Below are positions 25,701-38,329 of a DNA stretch of 64,000 bases, piece by piece. The notes below the pieces were generated by a model. That model did not search any database. It saw only the letters and a program-made list of their open reading frames with translations, and was not told where the DNA came from. The first letter of the stretch is position 1. Each line of letters opens with the position of its first letter. Both the position numbers and the translations under genes were made by a program. Source of the stretch: Nemertoderma westbladi (taxonomy: Eukaryota; Animalia; Xenacoelomorpha); NCBI GenBank assembly GCA_032718475.1, contig JAUCBJ010006005.1:1-64000 (forward strand), read 5' to 3'.

Positions 25701-28700
25701 TACCGGTCCATTCGTACCCAGACACTTCGTACCTGTACTATTTGTACCGGCCCATTCGTACCCAGACACTTCGTACATGTACTACTTGTACCTGGTCCAT
25801 TCGTACCCAGACACGTCGTACCTGGACTATTTGTACCGGTCCATTCGTACCCAGACACTTCGTACCTGAACTATTTGTACCTGGTCTATTCGTACCCAGA
25901 CACTTCGTACCTGTACTATTTGTACCTGGTCCATTCGTACCCTGACACTTCGTACATGTACTATTTGTACCTGGTCTATTCGTACACGGACGCTTCGTAC
26001 TTGGACTATTTGTACCGGTCCATTCGTACCCGGACGCTTCGTACCTGGACTATTTGTACCTGGTCCATTCGTACCCAGACACTTCGTACCTGTACTATTT
26101 GTACCGGTCCATTCGTACCCAGACACTTCGTACCTGAACTATTTGTACCTGGTCTATTCGTACCCAGACACTTCGTACATGTACTATTTGTACCTGGCCC
26201 ATTCGTACCCAGACACTTCGTACCTGTACTATTTGTACCTGGCCCATTCGTACCCAGACACTTCGTACCTGTCCTATTAGTACCTGGTCCATTCGTACCC
26301 TGACACTTCGTACATGTACTATTTGTACCTGGTCTATTCGTACCCAGACACTTCGTACCTGAACTATTTGTACCTGGTCTATTCGTACCCAGACACTTCG
26401 TACATGTACTATTTGTACCTGGCCCATTCGTACACAGACACTTCGTACATGTACTATTTGTACCTGGCCCATTCGTACCCAGACACTTCGTACCTGTACT
26501 ATTTGTACCTGGTCCATTCGTACCCAGACACTTCGTACCTGTCCTATTAGTACCTGGTCCATTCGTACCCAGACACTTCGTACCTGTACTATTTGTACCG
26601 GTCTATTCGTACACGGACGCTTCGTACTTGGACTATTTGTACCTGGTCTATTCGTACCCAGACACTTCGTACATGTACTATTTGTACCTGGTCTATTCGT
26701 ACCCAGACACGTCGTACCGAGACTATTTGTACCTGGTCTATTCGTACCCAGACACTTCGTACATGTACTATTTGTACCTGGCCCATTCGTACACAGACAC
26801 TTCGTACATGTACTATTTGTACCTGGCCCATTCGTACCCAGACACTTCGTACCTGTACTATTTGTACCTGGCCCATTCGTACCCAGACACTTCGTACCTG
26901 TCCTATTAATACCTGGTCCATTCGTACCCAGACACTTCGTACCTGTACTATTTGTACCGGTCTATTCGTACACGGACGCTTCGTACTTGGACTATTTGTA
27001 CCTGGTCTATTCGTACCCAGACACTTCGTACATGTACTATTTGTACCTGGTCTATTCGTACCCAGACACGTCGTACCGAGACTATTTGTACCTGGTCTAT
27101 TCGTACCCAGACACTTCGTACATGTACTATTTGTACCTGGTCTATTCGTACACGGACGCTTCGTACTTGGACTATTTGTACCTGGTCTATTCGTACCCAG
27201 ACACTTCGTACATGTACTATTTGTACCTGGTCTATTCGTACCCAGACACATCGTACCTGTACTATTTGTACCTGGTCTATTCGTACCCAGACACTTCGTA
27301 CATGTACTATTTGTACCTGGTCTATTCGTACACGGACGCTTCGTACTTGGACTATTTGTACCTGGTCTATTCGTACCCAGACACTTCGTACATGTACTAT
27401 TTGTACCTGGTCTATTCGTACCCAGACACATCGTACCTGTACTATTTGTACCTGGTCTATTCGTACCCGGACGCTTCGTACATGTACTATTTGTACCGGT
27501 CTATTCGTACACGGACGCTTCGTACTTGGACTATTTGTACCTGGTCTATTCGTACCCAGACACTTCGTACCTGTTCTATTAGTACCTGGTCCATTCGTAC
27601 CCTGACACTTCGTACATGTACTATTTGTACCGGTCTATTCGTACACGGACGCTTCGTACTTGGACTATTTGTACCTGGTCTATTCGTACCCAGACACTTC
27701 GTACATGTACTATTTGTACCTGGTCTATTCGTACCCAGACACATCGTACCTGTACTATTTGTACCTGGTCTATTCGTACCCAGACACTTCGTACATGTAC
27801 TATTTGTACCTGGTCTATTCGTACACGGACGCTTCGTACTTGGACAATTTGTACCTGGTTTATTCGTACCTGGTCTATTCGTACCCAGACACGTCGTACC
27901 GAGACTATTTGTACCTGGTCCATTTGTACCCAGACACATCGTACCTGTACTATTTGTACCTTGTCCATTTGTACACAGACACTTCGTACATGTACTATTT
28001 GTACCTTGTCCATTTGTACACAAACACTTCGTACATGTACTATTTGTACCTGGTCTATTCGTACCCAGACACGTCGTACCGAGACTATTTGTACCTGGTC
28101 CATTCGTACCCAGACACTTCGTACCTGTACTATTTGTACCGGTCCATTCGTACCCGGACGCTTCGTACCTGGACTATTTGTACCTGGTCTAATCGTACCC
28201 AGACACTTCGTACCTGTACTATTTGTACCGGTCCATTCGTACCCGGACGCTTCGTACCTGGACTATTTGTACCTGGTCCATTCGTACCCAGACACTTCGT
28301 ACCTGTACTATTTGTACCGGTCCATTCGTACCCGGACGCTTCGTACCTGGACTATTTGTACCTGGTCCATTCGTACCCAGACACTTCGTACCTGTACTAT
28401 TTGTACCGGTCCATTCGTACCCGGACGCTTCGTACCTGGACTATTTGTACCTGGTCCATTCGTACCCAGACACTTCGTACCTGTACTATTTGTACCGGTC
28501 CATTCGTACCCGGACGCTTCGTACCTGGACTATTTGTACCTGGTCCATTCGTACCCAGACACTTCGTACCTGTACTATTTGTACCGGTCCATTCGTACCC
28601 GGACCCTTCGTACCTGGACCATTTGTACCTGGTCTATTCGTACCCAGACACGTCGTACCGAGACTATATGTACCTGGTCCATTCGTACCCGGACGCTTCG

Positions 28701-30111
28701 TACCTGTACTATTTGTACCGGTCCATTCGTACCCGGACGCTTCGTACCTGTACTATTTGTACCGGTCCATTCGTACCCGGACGCTTCGTACCTGGACTAT
28801 TTGTACCGGTCCATTCGTACCCGGACGCTTCGTACCTGGACTATTTGTACCGGTCCATTCGTACCCGGACACTTCGTACCTGTACTATTTGTACCTGGTC
28901 TATTCGTACACAGACACTTCGTACCTGTACTATTTGTACCTGGTCTATTCGTACCCAGACACTTCGTACCTGGACTATTTGTACCGGTCCATTCGTACCC
29001 GGACGCTTCGTACCTGGACTATTTGTACCGGTCCATTCGTACCCGGACGCTTCGTACCTGGACTATTTGTACCGGTCCATTCGTACCCGGACGCTTCGTA
29101 CCTGGACTATTTGTACCGGTCCATTCGTACCCGGACGCTTCGTACCTGGACTATTTGTACCGGTCCATTCGTACCCGGACACTTCGTACCTGTACTATTT
29201 GTACCTGGTCTATTCGTACACAGACACTTCGTACCTGTACTATTTGTACCGGTCCATTCGTACCCGGACGCTTCGTACCTGGACTATTTGTACCGGTCCA
29301 TTCGTACCCGGACGCTTCGTACCTGGACTATTTGTACCGGTCCATTCGTACCCGGACACTTCGTACCTGTACTATTTGTACCTGGTCTATTCGTACACAG
29401 ACACTTCGTACCTGTACTATTTGTACCTGGTCCATTCGTACCCAGACACTTCGTACCTGTACTATTTGTACCGGTCCATTCGTACCCGGACGCTTCGTAC
29501 CTGGACTATTTGTACCTGGTCTATTCGTACCCAGACACATCGTACCTGTACTATTTGTACCTGGTCCATTCGTACCCGGACGCTTCGTACCTGTACTATT
29601 TGTACCGGTCCATTCGTACCCGGACGCTTCGTACCTGTACTATTTGTACCTGGTCTATTCGTACCCGAACGCTTCGTACCTGTACTATTTGTACCGGTCC
29701 ATTCGTACCCGGACGCTTCGTACCTGTACTATTTGTACCGGTCCATTCGTACCCAGACACTTCGTACCTGTTCTATTTGTACCTGGTCTATTCGTACCCA
29801 GACAGTTCGTACATGTACTATTTGTACCTGGTCTATTCGTACCCGAACGCTTCGTACCTGTACTATTTGTACCGGCCCATTCGTACCCGGACACTTCGTA
29901 CCTGGACTATTTGTACCGGTCCATTCGTACCCAGACACTTCGTACCTGTACTATTTGTACCTGGTCTATTCGTACCCGAACGCTTCGTACCTGTACTATT
30001 TGTACCGGTCCATTCGTACCCAGACACTTCGTACCTGTACTATTTGTACCGGTCCATTCGTACCCGGACGCTTCGTACCTGTACTATTAGTACCGGTCCA
30101 TTCGTACCCAG
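19751..30111. repeat. 44/45-bp satellite of three 15-bp subunits (TATTTGTACCTGGTC TATTCGTACCCAGAC ACTTCGTACCTGTAC), about 230 units
   Basis: Direct periodicity with regional variant blocks. It is the source of all the long repetitive ORFs between 19662 and 30158. Confidence 0.99.
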
Positions 30112-33100
30112 TAAGCAACCGAGGGTGGACTCTCTATAGCCGAGGGGCACTTGTATAATAACTAATAATCACGAACCCCATCCTCTTATAATATATAACT
30201 CTGTAGTAGTCAGTAGCAGTAGTAATAGTAGTAGTAGTAGTAGTAGTATAAGTAGTAAGTAATAGTAAAGGAGATCGGTTTAAACCAAAGTGATAAAGTA
30301 ACATTATCATATAACATAATCATATAGACAAAGTAGAATAAGATACAGATTCATAATTATTTTATCAAACTCATGTACTACACTGAAAAAAGTAACTACA
30401 TCTCGTTTGAAAAAGTGCCACTATCAATTATTAGTGGCATTAATTAATTTTGAAAGTTGCGATTTTACTAAACTGCAATTTTTTTCGAAATATGCAATTA
30501 TTTATTTTTCCAAATTACAAAAACCCATTTTGTTAAATTTAATTAAATGTACTTCTAGAATATACCAGGTTATGGAAATTACTAAATATATTAAAGTTCC
30601 ACTTTTTTGAATTTCTGTAAAAAGGTGCGCTTTTAAACAAGTGTTGTAAAGTGCTATTTTAAAACAAAAAAAATTAAAAAAGTACCCTAATCAGTAAACA
30701 GTTACGATTTTAAACTTTTAACGCAAACGTGACCCATGAAAATGTGAATATTGTGTAAAAAGATACGATATGCTTTAAAGGAAACAAATCATATCTTAGG
30801 AGGATTGAAGAGCCTCTTTAAATTAAAATTCAGTAACATACACTTTTTAAACTTTTTGTAAAAAGTTACTGCCTGGTACAGTTGTTGAGAAATTGACCGG
30901 TATACAGAACCTGTATAGGTACATTTAGTTTCGATTTATTGTAAGTCAACATAACAGCTGTGCTAATTGTTCTATAGGCTTTCATTGAATCATGCATACT
31001 TAGTGGTTATCAGATATTGCATTATTTTAGTAGTACTGGTACGTGAGTTGTATATTATTTGGAATAAATCGTAGAATTTACTGTGGGGCGAGCTTCAAAG
31101 CTTCAAAGTGAGAGAGCCAAAGCATATGGGTACCATTAACGAGTTGTATGTCGTCGTCGTCATACATTTTTGATGCTAGTAACTCTCGGTCATTCCTTGA
31201 TGAAATTAAACCAAACCTTGTCCGTATGTAGTACTCCAAAAGTTTAGAAAGAATCTGAAGTTTGGTCAAAAATCAGACAATCTGTCAGTCGCTACCGGTA
31301 GTTTAAGACTTTTGATAAAAACCAAAATAACTTCGAAAGTCGGAATATTTGCAATATTTATCAAATGGCGGAATCAGTGTGTTATGTGTATCCGGAGATG
31401 CAGATTAAACACCACCGCCTTCACGATAAAATTGCATTTTTCCATCATAAGTTATCCGTACACAAGGCGAACAAGTCTTACCGACACAGGGGTGCCGCAG
31501 CCGATACAGCGATAGGCCTAAGGACACCACCGTTGATCCATCCAAGGCCTACAACAAGGGCGATGACAATGAAAGTGTTACTACCGGTACCGATACCTCG
31601 GTAAAATCGACTTCTGTGGTGGGTCAAGTGTTGAGTAAGGATGCAACTAAGAGATTTACTGGCTGCAAACGAATGAAAGTGAACGTGTTGACGGCTAAGA
31701 AAAAAATTAAAAACCAAGAAAGAAAACGGTTCTTGTAGACCTACAGGAGGATCTGCGGAGTTCAGATGATCCCGAATCGGATAATTCCGATTCAACAACC
31801 GCTTCCAGTTCGAGCCTCGAGTCAGTGTCTATTTTGGAGTCAGATCTAGGAGATGCTGAATATATTCCTGGAGGAGGAGGCGGCGCTCTCATTTGGGCGA
31901 GAATGAGAAAAAAGGATATACCCTGGCCTGGTAAGGTTTCTTCTGTTGCACCAGATAGAACTGACCCTCCTCCGATGTTTGTTGCGTTATATGTCATGTC
32001 TTATATCAGTATAACTGTCTGTTATGAAATAACCGAAGCAGCGGCTGCCATAGAAACTGTAAAACTGTTATGTGTTAAATATTTGATCAATCTCGTGTAT
32101 ATTAATAGCCATAATTATAGTAATAGATTCTCGTGTTGTTTATTATTCACTATTAAACTGTTATGGGGATAAACTTTTGGGTCAATATTCATCATACCTT
32201 AAAAATATGACTTCATTTAATTTAAAGAAATTTACACTCATTATTAAAAAGAATATAAGTTCCCCTTTGATAAGCAAACCAAACTAGTTCTTCTTTACAG
32301 TGAAAAGTACCTCTTTTTCACATACTAAGTAATATAAGTTGATCTTAAATATTGCGGGGAGTGGTATTTTTAAATAGAAAGTAGCACTTTAATTGGAAAT
32401 CAAGTACCACTTTATATTTTAATAAGTGCTGCTTAATCTAAAAAGTGCATGTTTTAAATGATTATCCCACAAGTAAAGTACATATTACATTAAAAAAAGC
32501 TGAGCTTTATTCCTACTAATGAATATAAAAACGTAAATAATATTCAGAAAAGTGTCGTTTTCTAAACAGAAAATCAGTACTAACATTATCAAAAAAGTAC
32601 CACTTTTTAAAGTAATTAAAAGTGATCTTTTCTGCTCCTTGAAAAAGTGCCATTTTTATATTGTAATAAAAAGTGACTCTTTTTGCTACTTAAAAAAGTG
32701 CCGGTTTTTCAAAAAAGCGTATCTCGTTTGAGTACTCAAAACCAGATGCACTTTTTTGGAAAATCGGCACTTTTTTATGAAAAAAGTACAACTTCGTTTT
32801 TTCAGTGTACTTACTTCAATGTGCCAATTGTAACAATAATTAAACATATTATTCCAATTAATCTGCGTTTGGCCCTATAAGATATTATACTGAAGTGTTT
32901 TATATCAATATATCCATGCGAGTAAACAAGAAGTGAAGTAAATGTTTATTATTATAGTTTTAGAAATTGAATGATATACCCAAGATAGTGAAATAGACAA
33001 TATACCAGAAATTGCCATTTGATCAGATATATCAAAGCGGCGTCTTTAGTATAATACCGTAATAGTATCAATTAACTCTGTTATACAATGTAAATATACT

Positions 33101-35346
33101 AAATCTATTTATAAATATATTATGAGCCCTACATTGTATATTTCTCCTACAGGTAGACAATGTAGTATGTTAAAACTTGATATAATTTGGTATAATGTAT
33201 AACATATTACAAATAAGACTGAGGCAGCTAAACTATATTGCAAATAAATCAAATATCCTAAAGTAATATACTAGACCCTCCCTCCACCCTATAAATAGTG
33301 TTCACCACCTACCCCACCCACCGCCCTTATTACTTCATAATAATGAAAGATAGTACTGGCGCTCCGGTCACTCCGTTCCCTCCGCTGGGGGGGTTAAGTT
33401 GTAGGTTTTGACACTATGCAAAATCCGAGCACAGAGTTAGAAGCGCATTGGATAGGCGAACATTTCTTGCAGTGAAAGTATTTCCATACCTATTATAGTT
33501 TTCGAGATAGTCAGACATGAGTAGCTAAAATTTGAATTTTTTTGGTAAAGTCTGATTTCACCGGTACCTATCATCCGAAATATGGATTGTGATATATCGT
33601 TAGATGCGGGTCCACTAACTGTACTTTCACATATTTTCAAGGAAAAAATTCGATCAAGGGTTTTCGAAATATTTTCGAATTACCGGAAGCAGACTTTGGA
33701 CGACCATATCTCCGGTACCGGTAGGCCTATTGAGTCGAAATTTTTTTTAATCTACTTAGAACACTCCAGTGAATGTTTTTTAGTTTGAAAGTTTTGCCCC
33801 AAAATGCTCAGAAGTAATTTCGAAAAAACTGATCATTTCGCGATCATGATCTTTTGACCCCCTAGAATTGAACTTTTTTATGGTCAAATTTTGGCTACCC
33901 CCCCTAATTCGAGGGTGAGGAATCTTTTTGTAATGTTAAGTTTTTTCATACGGTGAACTCACAGGACTTGGTCTTCGAAATAAAACCGAAAACATGATCT
34001 TTCCTGATCATGGCCTGATCAAATCGCTTTTTGAAAATTTTGAAATGCTCAAAAGTTGCCCCTTCTTAATAGAAGTCGATTAGTAAAAAAAAAATCGGGG
34101 GTCTCAAACAAAGTTTTAGAGAAAATCGGGAAAAACTGAAAAACACGATCTTTTATGATCAGGAAGCTGATCTCGAGAACTGGTTGCCCGATCGAGCCAA
34201 TTTTTTTTTAATCAACTCAGAATAGACCATTGCACATTTCTTACAATGAATGTTTATTAGAAAAATGCTTAGATTCGATTTTAAATATACTGATCTTTTC
34301 GCGATCATGATCTTGAGTTTTGACCCACTAGACTTGAACTTTTTTATGCCCAAATTTTGGCTACCCCCCATAATTCGAGGGCGAGGAATCTTTTTGTGAT
34401 GTTAAGTTTTTCCATACGGTGAACTCCCAGGACTTGGTCTTCAAAATAAAACCGAAAACACGATCTTTTCTGATCGCGGCCTGATCAAATCGCTTTTTGA
34501 AAATTTCGAAATGCTCAAAAGTTGCCCCTTCATCATAGAAGTCGATTCGTAAAAAAAAAACGGGGGTCTCAAACAAAGTTTTCGAGAAAATTTGAAAAAA
34601 CCGAAAAATATCATCTTTAATGATCAGGTATCAGATCTCGAGAACCGGTTGTCCGATCGGGCCAATTTTTTTTTTAATCGACTCAGGGCGGTGTTCTGAA
34701 CGTTTCCTACAGTAATTGTTTATATCCAAAATGCTTAGTTACGATTTTACGAAGTCCGATCTTTGCGCGATCATGATCTTGCGTTTTGACCGGGAAGAAT
34801 TCATTTTTTTTTAAATCTTTTAACGGGAATCATGACTAATGTGGGGTCGCTGAATCTTTTTGTAATGTTAAGTTTTTCGATTGGAGCAAGCCTTGAGTGT
34901 CCGATTGCTGATCAAAACTGATCTTTGCTGATCATGGTCAAGATCATGATCTGATCACTCTCAACTTTTTCATTTGAATGTAAACCCATATGCTGCCTAT
35001 CGATTGGCGCCGGTCCCAAGTCCGTAGCATTAGCGGTTCTGGATTTATCTCCATAGCAACGTGGTTGCTAGGGAAGCGGACTTTTTGACTCAAATTGGCC
35101 CTAGCTGGAGAACCGTGACTTTTTTAACACATTATGTATGGCGAAAAGTCTTCTGGATAAATTTTGGGGGGGGGGGGGGGGGGGTCTAGGAACATCCTAT
35201 TGTTCGTTTTCGCTTAGTTGCTGAGATCCTCTCGTCCCACAAATTCCAGGATTCTATAAAGGCATTCTGCTGGACTAGTTCCGTGGCCGGAATAGTGTTC
35301 GGTGTTCTGCGAACAGAGAACCTAATCGGTTTAGGGCCCTGACAGT
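30112..35346. mobile_element. Copy 1 of a roughly 2.8-kb repeat unit inserted in the satellite, possibly a rolling-circle/Helentron-derived non-autonomous element; carries a nested CACTG element
   Basis: Begins TAAGCAACCGAGGGTGG and ends TAGGGCCCTGACAGT, with CCAG on both sides. It contains an (AGT)n tract and roughly 465-bp internal tandem repeats at 33830-34880. Nearly identical to 35396-37489. The family assignment is tentative. Confidence 0.6.
30381..32807. mobile_element. CACTG-terminated (CMC/EnSpm-like) non-autonomous transposon, 2427 bp, TA TSD
   Basis: TA|CACTGAAAAAA ... TTTTTTCAGTG|TA, with many subterminal AAAAGT[G/A]C motifs. The empty site TCATGTACTACTTACTTC is present in the duplicate at about 35655-35672. 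Confidence 0.92.
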
Positions 35347-35395
35347 CCAGACACTTCGTACCTGTTCTATTTGTACCTGGTCTATTCGTACCCAG

Positions 35396-37489
35396 TAAGC
35401 AACCGAGGGTGGACTCTCTATAGCCGAGGGGCACTTGTATAATAACTAATAATCACGAACCCCATCCTCTTATAATATATAACTCTGTAGTAGTCAGTAG
35501 CAGTAGTAATAATAGTAGTAGTAGTAGTAGTATAAGTAGTAAGTAATAGTAAAGGAGATCGGTTTAAACCAAAGTGATAAAGTAACATTATTATATAACA
35601 TAATCATATAGACAAAGTAGAATAAGATACAGATTCATAATTATTTTATCAAACTCATGTACTACTTACTTCAATGTGCCAATTGTAACAATAATTAAAC
35701 ATATTATTCCAATTAATCTGCGTTTGGCCCTATAAGATATTATACTGAAGTGTTTTATATCAATATATCCATGCGAGTAAACAAGAAGTGAAGTAAATGT
35801 TTATTATTATAGTTTTAGAAATTGAATGATATACCCAAGATAGTGAAATAGATAATATACAAGAAATTGCCATTTGATCAGATATATCAAAGCGGCGTCT
35901 TTAGTATAATACCGTAATAGTATCAATTAACTCTGTTATACAATGTAAATATACTAAATCTATTTATAAATATATTATGAGCCCTAAATTGTATATTTCT
36001 CCTACAGGTAGACAATGTAGTATGTTAAACTTGATATAATTTGGTATAATGTATAACATATTACAAATAAGACTGAGGCAGCTAAACTATATTGCAAAGA
36101 AATCAAATATCCTAAAGTAATATACTAGACCCTCCCTCCACCCTATAAATAGTGTTCACCACCTACCCCACCCACCGCCCTTATTACTTCATAATAATGA
36201 AAGATAGTACTGGCGCTCCGGTCACTCCGTTCCCTCCGCTGGGGGGGTTAAGTTGTAGGTTTTGACACTATGCAAAATCCGAGCACAGAGTTAGAAGCGC
36301 ATTGGATAGGCGAACATTTCTTGCAGTGAAAGTATTTCCATACCTATTATAGTTTTCGAGATAGTCAGACATGAGTAGCTAAAATTTGAATTTTTTTGGT
36401 AAAGTCTGATTTCACCGGTACCTATCATCCGAAATATGGATTGTGATATATCGTTAGATGCGGGTCCACTAACTGTACATTCACATATTTTCAAGGAAAA
36501 AATTCGATCAAGGGTTTTCGAAATATTTTCGAATTACCGGAAGCAGACTTTGGACGACCATATCTCCGGTACCGGTAGGCCTATTGAGTCGAAATTTTTT
36601 TTAATCTACTTAGAACACTCCAGTGAATGTTTTTTAGTTTGAAAGTTTTGCCCCAAAATGCTCAGAAGTAATTTCGAAAAAACTGATCATTTCGCGATCA
36701 TGATCTTTTGACCCCCTAGAATTGAACTTTTTTATGGTCAAATTTTGGCTACCCCCCCCTAATTCGAGGGTGAGGAATCTTTTTGTAATTTTAAGTTTTT
36801 TCATACGGTGAACTCACAGGACTTGGTCTTCGAAATAAAACCGAAAACAAGATCTTTCCTGATCATGGCCTGATCAAATCGCTTTTTGAAAATTTTGAAA
36901 TGCTCAAAAGTTGCCCCTTCTTAATAGAAGTCGATTAGTAACAAAAAAATCGGGGGTCTCAAACAAAGTTTTAGAGAAAATCGGGAAAAACTGAAAAACA
37001 CGATCTTTTATGATCAGGAAGCTGATCTCGAGAACTGGTTGCCCGATCGAGCCAATTTTTTTTTTAATCAACTCAGAATAGACCATTGCACATTTCTTAC
37101 AATGAATGTTTATTAGAAAAATGCTTAGATTCGATTTTAAATATACTGATCTTTTCGCGATCATGATCTTGAGTTTTGACCCACTAGACTTGAACTTTTT
37201 TATGCCCAAATTTTGGCTACCCCCCATAATTCGAGGGCGAGGAATCTTTTTGTGATGTTAAGTTTTTCCATACGGTGAACACATTATGTATGGCGAAAAG
37301 TCTTCTGGATAAATTTTGGGGGGGGGGTCTAGGAACATCCTATTGTTCGTTTTCGCTTAGTTGCTGAGATCCTCTCGTCCCACAAATTCCAGGATTCTAT
37401 AAAGGCATTCTGCTGGACTAGTTCCGTGGCCGGAATAGTGTTCGGTGTTCTGCGAACAGAGAACCTAATCGGTTTAGGGCCCTGACAGT
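35396..37489. mobile_element. Copy 2 of the roughly 2.8-kb unit; lacks the CACTG insertion and has a deletion of about 704 bp
   Basis: Colinear with 30112-35346. The segment equivalent to 34425-35128 is missing, with AAC microhomology at the junction. Confidence 0.8.
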
Positions 37490-37920
37490 CCAGACACTTC
37501 GTACCTGTTCTATTTGTACCTGGTCTATTCGTACCCAGACAGTTCGTACATGTACTATTTGTACCGGTCCATTCGTACCCAGACACTTCGTACCTGAACT
37601 ATTTGTACCTGGTCTATTCGTACCCAGACACTTCGTACTTGGACTATTTGTACCTGGTCTATTCGTACACAGACACTTCGTACCTGTACTATTTGTACCG
37701 GTCCATTCGTACCCGGACGCTTCGTACCTGTACTATTTGTACCGGTCCATTCGTACCCGGACGCTTCGTACCTGTACTATTTGTAGCGGTCCATTCGTAC
37801 CCAGACAGTTCGTACATGTACTATTTGTACCGGTCCATTCGTACCCGGACGCTTCGTACCTGTACTATTTGTACCGGTCCATTCGTACCCAGACACTTCG
37901 TACCTGTACCATTTGTACCA
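37490..37920. repeat. Remainder of the 44/45-bp satellite (about 10 units)
   Basis: Same unit as 19751-30111. One further unit separates the duplicated blocks at 35347-35395. Confidence 0.95.
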
Positions 37921-37962
37921 TTGGGATTCGATCCGACTATTGAGGTACACAAACTGACTAAC

Positions 37963-38199
37963 CATATATTCTGAAGGCGCAATAAACTCTACAGTTGAGT
38001 TTCTAATCTCAGTCCGTCGCTGCGGGTTCCCGTGAGTTTTACTAACTGGATCGTAAAGGAACTCGTCGGGGACCTCATTGTGTCGGTAACAGACGTTACA
38101 GCGCCAATGACGTTGATCCACAAACGTTACATAAGGATTGATGTAGGTCCGACAGGAGCGACAACGAACAATCGGGGATGATTGAATCACCGGTAGAGT
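37963..38199 (-). CDS. SEC24: SEC24A/B-like exon 5, Sec23/Sec24 zinc finger (CRSC...CNVC)
   Basis: Translates TLPVIQSSPIVRCRSCRTYINPYV...WRCNVCYRHNEVPDEF...TVEFIAPSEYM. Acceptor ttttcag| and donor ATG|GTTAGT. 237 bp, phase 0/0. Confidence 0.97.
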
Positions 38200-38329
38200 C
38201 TGAAAAGCAATACAGTGGATGACTTGTAGTGTCTATAAAGCAACAGTGGATACTGGCTACGAATTAGGAATCTGTGAATTACAACAATGCACAACACTTA
38301 AAGCCATACATTTTCATTAAAGAAGGTAT

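Noticed and set aside
19662-30158. Many long ORFs (up to 898 aa) on both strands
   Set aside because: They are translations of a stop-poor 44/45-bp satellite, open in several frames at once, and lie inside SEC24 intron 5.
33437-37586. Duplicated short ORFs (for example 33437/36291 and 33582/36436)
   Set aside because: Their identity reflects the recent DNA duplication, and there is no protein motif or evidence of coding constraint.
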